The notes beneath the pieces were generated by a model. The model was given only the letters and a program-made list of their open reading frames with translations, did no database searches and was not told the origin of the DNA. The position numbers and the translations under genes were made by a program. 64,000 nt of DNA. It comes from Elusimicrobiota bacterium (lineage in GTDB: Bacteria > Elusimicrobiota > Elusimicrobia > 2-02-FULL-39-32). Position 1 is the stretch's first letter; each line of letters starts with the position of its first letter. The DNA is taken from contig JACPBF010000005.1 in NCBI GenBank assembly GCA_016180425.1, positions 25,034-89,033 on the forward strand, given 5' to 3'. This document shows positions 19,612 through 27,409 of the stretch, piece by piece.

Positions 19612-22600
19612 GTGGACAAAAAAATGAGTATTAAATTTTGGTTAGGGAAAAAGAATCGTAGCTGGTTGCAGCTCACAGGATGTGTGGTTGCGCTCAGCTT
19701 TTTGTTTAGTACGGTCAGCGTGCCTTTTGTAGAAGCTTCCTTGTGGGCAGAACGTAGGGAAGCGGCAAAAGACTTAAGAATTGATCAAGCTACCCTTATT
19801 GCGCAGCTTCCTGCTGTAAATAACCCTCTTCCTTATAATGTATCGAATAATTCTGGTCTTTTTGGTCATTCCAACTCTTCTTTTGGTCGTCATTCCCGCA
19901 AAAGCGGGAATCTAGCCAACATTACTTCTTTACTGGATTCCCGCTTTTGCGGGAATGACGACCTTATAAAGAACATAAGCTGGGTCACCAACCTTCCTAT
20001 TAATGTAGCTTCTTTACGGAAGGTCTCCATCCCCTCCACATGGAAAGTAGGGGATCCCATGGTGCTTTACGTACAAGATGCCCACTTAAACAAGGATGCC
20101 CAAACCAATATTGGGAAGTCTATTCAGCATTTTATTAATGAAGGAAAAGTAAATTTAGTGGCATTGGAAGGTGCCTTTAATCCCATAGACATTTCCCCCT
20201 TCCGCAAATTTGAAGATCAAAAGGTTGTTCATAAAGTAGCCGACTACTTACTTAGAGAGAACAAAATCTCTGGTGCCATCCACACCGCTTTCACCAGCCC
20301 CAAAGAAATTCCTTCTTTTGTAGGAGTGGATGACAAAGAACACTACTGGGCCAATGTGAACGCCTATAAGAGTTTATATCCCAAGGTAGATTCCTATAAA
20401 GAAAAGCTATCTAAATTGGTGAGTGGGCTCCAACAGGAAAAAGTCCATCACTTTAATCCAGAACTCTTAAATTTTGATAATAAGATAGAAGCGTATAGAG
20501 ACGGTAAAGAAAAATTGGGAGATTATATTCAGCTTTTAACTCATTACAATGTAAAAGAAAAGGGGACTGTCCCTTTAGGCACTGTCCCCTTTTCCCCGCA
20601 AGTAAAGACATTCCTAGAAACCCTAAAGATGGAACAATCCTTAGATTTTACCAAAGTAGAAAAAGAGAGAAGTTCTATTATAGAAAAGCTCGTTAAAACA
20701 CTCTCTAAAACCCAAATGCAAGAACTCTTAAACGCCAGCTTAGCCTACAGATTAGGCATCATTCAGCATACCGACTTTTATCTCTATGTAGAAGACCTGG
20801 CCAAAAGAAACAATATTAGCTTTACAGAATTCTCAGCCATGGGCGCCTACATCCGTTATTTAATTGCTTCGGATAAAATTAACGCCGAAAAACTCTTTGA
20901 TGAAGTAGCCCAATTAGAAGAAAAAGCCTACACAGCTTTAGCCAAAAGTAATGAAGAGAAACGATTAGTGGAAGAATCCAAATACTTCCACCTCTTAGGC
21001 AAACTCATTAATTCTTCCTTAACCCGCCAAGAGTGGAACCAATATGTTCAACTTACTGATCGTCATTCCCGCGAAAGCGGGAATCCAGAAAAGACAAAAC
21101 GTTGGCTAGATTACCGCTTTCGCGAGAATGACAGCCAAAACTTTGACCTCTCTTCTTTCGAAGCCTTCTACAAAGAATCCATCATCCGCGACGAAAAAAT
21201 TGCTTCCAACTTAATCCGTAATATTAAAGAAAAAAATACCCAAGTTGCCATGCTGGTCACCGGCGGTTTCCACTCCGATGGAGTAGAAGCAGCCTTACAC
21301 AAAAACAACATCGCCGTGATCTCCTACATCCCCAAGATTGCCAAACTAGACAACGCCAAAGGGAACGAATACTTAAGCGTCTTCACCCAAGAAAAAACCC
21401 CCCTCCAAAAACTTTTCGATGGAGAAAAACTCTTCTTACCTGCGGAAGTATTGTCGAACTCTGCTACATTCGAAGGCGCCTTCGCAACAAGTGTTTTGGG
21501 ATCCAAATCCCCAGAACAAATAGACCTAAATTTCGACAAAATGGTGGGATCCAATCAGTTCGACATCGTAAATGTAGAAGCTAAAGGAGAAGACAGAGTC
21601 GTTGAAGTAAAAGGCCAGCAAGGCACGGTTCAAACTACCATTGATCAAGAAGGCAACGAGATCGTCAAAATCTCTGAAGGCAAAGTGGAACGAATATCAA
21701 ACATCATTTCTCAAGTGAAGAGCTTTGTTCAGGAAGTAATTCGAGAATCCAAAAAATATTTAGGCTCCAGAGAATTTCAGGGAATCGCTGTTGCCACAGC
21801 TAAATATGTTGCATTGAGCTTCTATGGTTTACTGGTTCCTGTAATTGTTGCAATGACTTCTGCCAAACATAAAAAATTGCCTCCGCAAAGGAAGATCATT
21901 TGGAGATTCGAACGTCATTTAGTTTCTGCCAGTGAGGCTCTCGTAGTGGCCATAGAAAAAGCTTCAAAAGAATATCTCCATGTTAATGCTATCTATGAGT
22001 GTACTGTCCCACCCCTTAGTATGATCAATGAGATTAACCCTACGCTAGCAGGAAAATTAGGAAATATTAATGCCTATTCAGAAATTATAGATGACCCTCA
22101 AACCAGGAAAGAAATAGAAGATTTTCTAAACGAGTACTGGTGGCATTATGTTGATAATAAGCTTACATCTTTAAAAGAAAAAAAAGAAGTGCGATTTAAT
22201 CCTACGACAGTGCCTCTCTTTAATTATCTTGCACAACACCCTCAGGTTCATTTTTACCAAGAAAGAGTGCCCGTAGAGGCAGTGATATATAGCAAAGCTT
22301 ATGAAGCAGCACTTAAACAGGCGGAGCAATCCCTATATCATTCCGGGGAGGAGCAATCCCTATATCATTCCGGGGAGGAGCAATCCCTATATCATTCCGG
22401 GGACGAGGCGCTTTTTACTCATTGGATGTTTTTTGCTGGGTATTATTTTTGGCTATGTCAGGCCTATCGGGATAAAAAAGTTGTTTCTGATATAAAAGAA
22501 ATTATAACAAATGCACCTCCTTCCTCTGTTTTCGTGATAGGTCGTGGGGCTGCTCATGCAAGCAATTTATCATCCTTTATTGAAGAAAATAAAGATTATG

Positions 22601-24153
22601 AAGTGGAAGTGGCCATCGATCAGGATTGGTCAATCGAGGATTTTGGAGGTGTTTTATTCATACAGCTGAAATATCGCAAAGATTTCGAGACCGGGAAATC
22701 CCTCCCTTCCTCTGTCCGCAAAGATTTACTTAAGATGTTTCCCTATGATTGGGTTAGTGAGCTTATGGATACTTCCAAGGCCGATCCATATGAAAGAATG
22801 AAGTTACTTACGCAAATTTTTAACCAATTGGATGACGAGCAGGTATTTCAATTAACGCAGGGTTTGCTCTCCTCCCGCTTAGCAGAATTTCTAGAGAATG
22901 AACAAATTGGGTCCAAAGAAGGACAACCGAATTATGGCCGGGGTTTCTTCACTTTAATCTGGCTTAAAAGATATGGACTTTTAACATCTCATTTCGAGGA
23001 TTATCTTGACCCAGCTGTTAGAGAATCCTTAAACAATATAACGAATAAACAATCTTCTAGAGAAGATATTTCTCTTAATTCCACTACGCCAATTCCAACT
23101 TCTTCAAATTCAACACCTGCTCCCTTCAAAAAAATTCAGAATTTGCTTAAAGAAGAAGACGGGCAGGCGAAGGTGGAGGCCGGGGTTATTTTTGGAGCTA
23201 TTGCTGGATTAGCGGCGCCTGTTTTATTGCTCGTTGCAGGAGCAGCGGTGGGAGTTGGTGCTGCGGTGATTTATATTGCTAAGAAGGTGCAGCAAAAATA
23301 TAAAGCGCTTCAAACTAAATCTCAGGAAGAGAAAGTGGCAGTGGAAGTGGTAAGCGCCATTATGTTACTCAAGTCCGGTAAAAAGGTGGATCCAGCTTTG
23401 CTTTCTAAATCCATAAACACGGTATTGGCGGAGTTTAGTTTATCTCGCGACATACAAGTTCTAGATGGTTCTAACTCCATCTTGCAAGCGTTTGAGCATT
23501 TGGATGAAGCTAAATTGGAAGCTGCGCTTAAAGCAGAATTTAAGAAACAGTCGAAAGGAAGGCTTTCTAAAGAAGAAGTGTCGCGCTTAGCCACCCAAGT
23601 TCTCTACGAAGGGTACGATAAAAAGGCTTTGGAGCAGAGATTAGAGGCGGCCCATTTAGATGAGAATACATTGGTGGGAGCGGTGTTGGATCCTTTACAA
23701 AACCCCGTCACAAACGCCGAGAAACTCTTAGAGAAATTTAGAGAGGCTCAAGGAACAGAATCTAAAGCAACCTTAGTCTTTATGACTCAAGCGTTAACCC
23801 AGGCTCAAATGGATTCTATTCGCGATGAAGCCCCTGGAATAAAAGTTGAATTCAAAGTGAATGAAAACTTGTTTCGTTTAGCATCAGGGAATAAATATGA
23901 TCTAAAACTCGATATCTTAGAGAGCATCTTACAAAGCTATGAGGAGTCCAAGTTTACTTCATATCAGATGATTATCCCACAAACACTTATGGGGAATCTT
24001 TCCAGTTTAGGCAGCTTGCCGCAAGCTGCCCGTTTGCGTAGGGCTGCTATTATATTGGTGGATGAGGCGTTACGAGCAACGACCCCTATTCTCCAATTCC
24101 ACAACTTAGAACAAATCCGTCACATCGCCGAAGTTATCGCCCAACAGGCATAA
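19612..24153 (+). CDS. giant (1513 aa) membrane protein of unknown function
   Basis: Uninterrupted 4.5-kb ORF in AT-rich DNA. Hydrophobic segments at the N-terminus, about residue 730, and AGVIFGAIAGLAAPVLLLVAGAAVGVGAAVIYIA. No family confidently recognised. The track start at 19612 is GTG (gtggacaaaaaaATGagt); the first ATG, at 19624 (MSIKFW...), is an alternative start. Confidence 0.8.
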   Translation: MDKKMSIKFWLGKKNRSWLQLTGCVVALSFLFSTVSVPFVEASLWAERREAAKDLRIDQATLIAQLPAVNNPLPYNVSNNSGLFGHSNSSFGRHSRKSGNLANITSLLDSRFCGNDDLIKNISWVTNLPINVASLRKVSIPSTWKVGDPMVLYVQDAHLNKDAQTNIGKSIQHFINEGKVNLVALEGAFNPIDISPFRKFEDQKVVHKVADYLLRENKISGAIHTAFTSPKEIPSFVGVDDKEHYWANVNAYKSLYPKVDSYKEKLSKLVSGLQQEKVHHFNPELLNFDNKIEAYRDGKEKLGDYIQLLTHYNVKEKGTVPLGTVPFSPQVKTFLETLKMEQSLDFTKVEKERSSIIEKLVKTLSKTQMQELLNASLAYRLGIIQHTDFYLYVEDLAKRNNISFTEFSAMGAYIRYLIASDKINAEKLFDEVAQLEEKAYTALAKSNEEKRLVEESKYFHLLGKLINSSLTRQEWNQYVQLTDRHSRESGNPEKTKRWLDYRFRENDSQNFDLSSFEAFYKESIIRDEKIASNLIRNIKEKNTQVAMLVTGGFHSDGVEAALHKNNIAVISYIPKIAKLDNAKGNEYLSVFTQEKTPLQKLFDGEKLFLPAEVLSNSATFEGAFATSVLGSKSPEQIDLNFDKMVGSNQFDIVNVEAKGEDRVVEVKGQQGTVQTTIDQEGNEIVKISEGKVERISNIISQVKSFVQEVIRESKKYLGSREFQGIAVATAKYVALSFYGLLVPVIVAMTSAKHKKLPPQRKIIWRFERHLVSASEALVVAIEKASKEYLHVNAIYECTVPPLSMINEINPTLAGKLGNINAYSEIIDDPQTRKEIEDFLNEYWWHYVDNKLTSLKEKKEVRFNPTTVPLFNYLAQHPQVHFYQERVPVEAVIYSKAYEAALKQAEQSLYHSGEEQSLYHSGEEQSLYHSGDEALFTHWMFFAGYYFWLCQAYRDKKVVSDIKEIITNAPPSSVFVIGRGAAHASNLSSFIEENKDYEVEVAIDQDWSIEDFGGVLFIQLKYRKDFETGKSLPSSVRKDLLKMFPYDWVSELMDTSKADPYERMKLLTQIFNQLDDEQVFQLTQGLLSSRLAEFLENEQIGSKEGQPNYGRGFFTLIWLKRYGLLTSHFEDYLDPAVRESLNNITNKQSSREDISLNSTTPIPTSSNSTPAPFKKIQNLLKEEDGQAKVEAGVIFGAIAGLAAPVLLLVAGAAVGVGAAVIYIAKKVQQKYKALQTKSQEEKVAVEVVSAIMLLKSGKKVDPALLSKSINTVLAEFSLSRDIQVLDGSNSILQAFEHLDEAKLEAALKAEFKKQSKGRLSKEEVSRLATQVLYEGYDKKALEQRLEAAHLDENTLVGAVLDPLQNPVTNAEKLLEKFREAQGTESKATLVFMTQALTQAQMDSIRDEAPGIKVEFKVNENLFRLASGNKYDLKLDILESILQSYEESKFTSYQMIIPQTLMGNLSSLGSLPQAARLRRAAIILVDEALRATTPILQFHNLEQIRHIAEVIAQQA
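19885..19963. repeat. palindromic repeat element, copy 1 (in frame inside the giant ORF)
   Basis: The arms at 19885-19915 and 19933-19963 are reverse complements with one mismatch. Each arm contains ATTCCCGC-N4-GCGGGAAT. Confidence 0.85.
20562..20589. repeat. second palindromic motif family (GGGGACTGTCCC-type), in-frame copy
   Basis: GGGGACTGTCCCTTTAGGCACTGTCCCC, translated as KGTVPLGTVPF. A related reverse-complement copy lies at 24180-24207 and a half copy at 56396-56408. Confidence 0.55.
21058..21134. repeat. palindromic repeat element, copy 2 (diverged, in frame inside the giant ORF)
   Basis: GATCGTCATTCCCGCGAAAGCGGGAATCCAG (21058-21088) and the degenerate inverted arm CTAGATTACCGCTTTCGCGAGAATGACAG (21106-21134). 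Confidence 0.75.
22324..22404 (+). repeat. 27-bp x3 in-frame tandem repeat in the giant ORF
   Basis: GAGCAATCCCTATATCATTCCGGGGAG repeated at 22324, 22351 and 22378 (the last unit ends GAC). It encodes EQSLYHSGE x3. Confidence 0.95.
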
Positions 24154-24174
24154 TCAAGTCTTAGAAAATGGTAA

Positions 24175-24211
24175 AAAATGGGGACAGTCCCTAAAGGGAA
24201 AGTCCCCATTT
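24175..24211 (+). terminator. hairpin/terminator after the giant ORF, built from the GGGGAC...GTCCCC repeat
   Basis: AAAATGGGGAC...GTCCCCATTTT with inner stem TCCCT/AGGGA, 22 nt after the stop codon. Confidence 0.55.
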
Positions 24212-24338
24212 TCTCTTACTGATTTTTTCCCTCAGAGATTTACCAAATTTACCTATTCCATAAAAGTTCTAGGTTAATTAGAATAGAAAAATGTCAAAAA
24301 GCTACTTGAATTAAATTAGTTTATAAGCTACAATTTAA

Positions 24339-24680
24339 ATGGAAGTTAAATATAGAATTTTAAAAATATTCGTAACAAGAGATAGGAAGGTTCCATTCTC
24401 TGAGTGGCTTGAATCTCTTAAAGATATCCGGGGCAAAGCAAGAATAAGAATTAGATTAGATCGTGTAAAGCTTGGGAATCTAGGAGATTATAAGTTTGTT
24501 GGTTCTGGAGTATTTGAGTTAAGAATTCCCTATGGTCCTGGATATAGAGTGTATTATGGAGAAGAAGGTAGTCATATCATCTTGTTATTAATTGGCGGAG
24601 ATAAAAGCACACAATACAAAGATATCGAGCAAGCAAAATATTATTGGTTAGATTATAGGAGTCGAAAAAATGAAAAGTAA
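24339..24680 (+). CDS. higB: type II toxin, addiction-module killer protein (HigB/RelE-fold, COG3657-like)
   Basis: PFSEWLESLKD...ARIRIRLDRVKLGNLGDYKFVGSGVFELRIPYGPGYRVYY...ILLLIGGDKSTQ matches the killer-protein family. It overlaps the antidote gene. Confidence 0.85.
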   Translation: MEVKYRILKIFVTRDRKVPFSEWLESLKDIRGKARIRIRLDRVKLGNLGDYKFVGSGVFELRIPYGPGYRVYYGEEGSHIILLLIGGDKSTQYKDIEQAKYYWLDYRSRKNEK

Positions 24681-24981
24681 AACATATCAAAAGGAATTAA
24701 TAAAATCTTTAAAAGATCCAGAAGAGGCATCGGCTTATTTAAATGCTGCTTTGGAAGAAAAAGATATGGTTATTTTTCTAGTTGCCTTAAGAAATGTAGC
24801 GGAAGCTTTTGGAGGTCTTGCAACTATTTCAAAAAAGGCTCACTTAAATCGTGAAAATCTTTATCGAATGCTTTCTAAACAAGGGAATCCGGAAGTTTCT
24901 AGTTTAGAAGCTATCTTAGAAAGTATTGGGCTTCGACTTGCAGTAGAAGTTAAGCATAAACATTATAAAGATGCTGCTTAA
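24670..24981 (+). CDS. higA: addiction-module antidote protein (HigA family, HTH)
   Basis: LKDPEEASAYLNAALEE...FLVALRNVAEAFGGLATISKKAHLNRENLYRMLSKQGNPEVSSLEAILESIGLRLAV is the typical antidote-family sequence. Confidence 0.85.
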   Translation: MKSKTYQKELIKSLKDPEEASAYLNAALEEKDMVIFLVALRNVAEAFGGLATISKKAHLNRENLYRMLSKQGNPEVSSLEAILESIGLRLAVEVKHKHYKDAA

Positions 24982-25139
24982 GTTAAGCCGGGGAGGGAGA
25001 TGCCTTTCAATAGGTCTTGGGAGAAGGAGGCGGATTTTTTTTGGGAGGATTGGACGTCATCGGAGAAAAGGTTGTTCAATCTGGATTCTAGTTTGGCTTT
25101 CTTCTGTAATTCGTATAGCTGCTTCATTTTATCGAACAT
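24978..25139 (-). CDS. possible small ORF (53 aa), YbaB/EbfC-like N-terminus only
   Basis: Own translation: MFDKMKQLYELQKKAKLESRL...LLKGISLPGLT, with AAGGAG 8 nt upstream of the ATG. Too short for a full YbaB. Below the track's length cutoff. Confidence 0.25.
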   Translation of the reverse strand: MFDKMKQLYELQKKAKLESRLNNLFSDDVQSSQKKSASFSQDLLKGISLPGLT

Positions 25140-25297
25140 GGGTGTTACTCCTTTTCATAGGATTTGGGACAGGTACGTGAAACATTGGAGAAGTCAAGGG
25201 GGGCAAAAAAGAGTTGCATCTTTGTTACAAAAAGTTGAAAAAAAGTTTAATCCAAATCTTGAGCCGGTAGTAAAAAATTGGTCAAACTTTTTGGTAT

Positions 25298-25822
25298 TTA
25301 TTTTTTTGGCAGACGGTCTAGGATAGATAAGAGAGCTTGTAAAATAGCTGTAGGGCTTGGGGGGCATCCTGGAATATTGACATCCACAGGGATGATGGTG
25401 TTTAAAGGGCCACTCACCGCATAGCTATTGGCATAGACTCCACAGTTAATAGCGCAATCTCCAGTGGCAATCACAATGCGTGGTTCAGGCGTTGCTTCGT
25501 ATGTTTTTATTAAAGCTGGTTCCATTTGCCTTGTGATTGGGCCAGTGACCAGCAAAACATCCGCGTGTCTGGGTGAGGCGACAAAATGAATTCCAAATCG
25601 CTCAATGTCATAGATAGGGTTAGATAAGGCGCTGATCTCTAACTCGCAGCCATTGCAAGAGCCAGCGTCAATTTGGCGGATATGAAGAGATCTCCCGCCT
25701 AAAAGTTGTTTAATCTTATTTTTTAATTCGTTGCCAACAACGCTAAATTCCTCTTTATTTTTAGCTTGAATTGGAATTGTGGCGCGCCCTGTTTTTAAAT
25801 TTATTTTTATGATTTCAAACAT
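25298..25822 (-). CDS. NuoB/HycG-like small subunit of a group-4-hydrogenase/complex-I-related complex
   Basis: DAGSCNGCELE, LLVTGP, TGDCAINCG and IPGCPPSP. All four cluster-binding Cys positions are present. Confidence 0.85.
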   Translation of the reverse strand: MFEIIKINLKTGRATIPIQAKNKEEFSVVGNELKNKIKQLLGGRSLHIRQIDAGSCNGCELEISALSNPIYDIERFGIHFVASPRHADVLLVTGPITRQMEPALIKTYEATPEPRIVIATGDCAINCGVYANSYAVSGPLNTIIPVDVNIPGCPPSPTAILQALLSILDRLPKK

Positions 25823-27409
25823 TCAACGGTCATTCCCTGAATAAGATAAATTAAAACTTTTATTGATTAATGGAAAATCTGGAACAATATTTCCTTGCAC
25901 TGCCCAAGGCAAAATCCGCCAGTTTGAAAATGACGGGGACTTAATTTTTAAACGCTCAACCTTCCCATCCCGTCCAATCCTTAACCAATGAAAGATTTCT
26001 CCACGGGCTGATTCTGCCCAGCCAAGAGCTGAACCTTCCGGAAGAGACTGAATATTGACAACTAAAGGTTCATCAGTCAAATGATCTAGGGCCTGAAAAA
26101 TAATAGAGACCGCCTCTTTAAATTCAGCCATTTTTACAAGCATTCTTGCGGCTACATCCCCTTCTTTTCTAAAGGCTACTTCAAATTTTAAGTTTGGATA
26201 ATCCGCATAAGGGAAGTCTTGTCTTAAATCTATTTTTACGTTTGAAGCTCTGGCCACAGGCCCAACTCCTGTAAGATCTCTCACAACTTTTTCCAGAACT
26301 ATTCCGGTTCCTTCAATCCTGTCCATAAGAGAGTCTGTTTCAAAATAAAGATGCTCAACTGGAGCATATTGATCCAGCAGTAAATTAAGGAAAGAGCGAA
26401 GTTCATTTTTTATTTCAGCTGTTAGGTCGCATAAAACCCCTCCGGGAATGTTGACTCCGCGAAGAAGACGATGTCCTGTAAAACGATCATTTTTTTGTAA
26501 AATAAGTTCACGCAGCCTTAACATTTGAGCCGCGCCAAAAGAAAAACCAACATCCGTTGCAATCCCAGCAATATCTCCCAGATGGTTATATAACCGTTCC
26601 ATTTCACTAAAAATGACTCGTAAGACTTGAGCTTTTTTTGGGACTGTGACTTTTGCTATTTTTTCCACAGCTTGACAAAATGCCATGCTGTGCGCAAAAG
26701 AAGCGTCCCCAGATATTCTTTCCGCTAGGGCTGCCGCTTCCAAAACAGTTTTTCCTTCTGCCAATTTTTCAATTCCTTTGTGCGTAAACCCAAGTTGAAT
26801 CTCTAAATGGATCACAGGCTCTCCTGCCACGCTAAACCGAAAATGGCCTGGCTCAATAATTCCCGCGTGCACAGGACCCACAGGGATTTCAAAAACTCCT
26901 TCTCCCGTCACTTGCAAAAAGTTTGAAGATTTTTTTTCAACTCTTTTTATTTTTTGGTGTGGATCAAAATCTTTTCGTAGAGGAAATGTTTCAGAAGGCC
27001 AATCTTCATGCAGAAGAAGGTTTTTGAGATTTGGATGGCCTTCAGGTGTTATCCCAAAGAACTCCCAAATTTCTTGTTCAAAAGCAGCTGCAGCAGCTAC
27101 TTGAACAGCGATGGAGGGGAATTTAAGGCTATGATCTGGAACTTTTGAGCGCAGCAGGATCAGGAGACTTTCTTTGTCAATAGAAAAAAGGTATTGAAGG
27201 CCAAAACTCTTACTGTTTTTGCGGTCATCTGTTGCCCCAATAAAGACACATCTTGCTTCTTCCATTTGGCAAAGTCGTTTTACAATCAAGGGGAGTTCAT
27301 GCAGAGGTAAAAAAGCGGAAATCTCATTCTCATTTGCGGAAAGAGAGTTAGCTGGAAGTTTTAGCAGTGAGCAGATCCTGGCAATAAAATATTTTTTAGA
27401 ATCAGACAT
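25823..27409 (-). CDS. fused NuoC-like + NuoD/HycE-like large subunit lacking the Ni-Fe cysteine ligands
   Basis: GPVHAGIIEPGHFRF and ERLYNHLGD match the HycE/NuoD core. It has RISGDASFAH instead of RxCGxCxxxH, and the C-terminus FNLSYSGNDR instead of DPCxxCxxR. Confidence 0.85.
   Translation of the reverse strand: MSDSKKYFIARICSLLKLPANSLSANENEISAFLPLHELPLIVKRLCQMEEARCVFIGATDDRKNSKSFGLQYLFSIDKESLLILLRSKVPDHSLKFPSIAVQVAAAAAFEQEIWEFFGITPEGHPNLKNLLLHEDWPSETFPLRKDFDPHQKIKRVEKKSSNFLQVTGEGVFEIPVGPVHAGIIEPGHFRFSVAGEPVIHLEIQLGFTHKGIEKLAEGKTVLEAAALAERISGDASFAHSMAFCQAVEKIAKVTVPKKAQVLRVIFSEMERLYNHLGDIAGIATDVGFSFGAAQMLRLRELILQKNDRFTGHRLLRGVNIPGGVLCDLTAEIKNELRSFLNLLLDQYAPVEHLYFETDSLMDRIEGTGIVLEKVVRDLTGVGPVARASNVKIDLRQDFPYADYPNLKFEVAFRKEGDVAARMLVKMAEFKEAVSIIFQALDHLTDEPLVVNIQSLPEGSALGWAESARGEIFHWLRIGRDGKVERLKIKSPSFSNWRILPWAVQGNIVPDFPLINKSFNLSYSGNDR

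Noticed and set aside
24971-25326. Plus-strand ORFs 24971-25180 and 25000-25326, between higA and the Ehr-like operon.
   Set aside because: They have no SD and no recognisable motifs, they overlap each other, and they run head-on into the 3' end of the NuoB-like gene. The minus-strand 53-aa ORF with an SD is a slightly better, though still weak, candidate.
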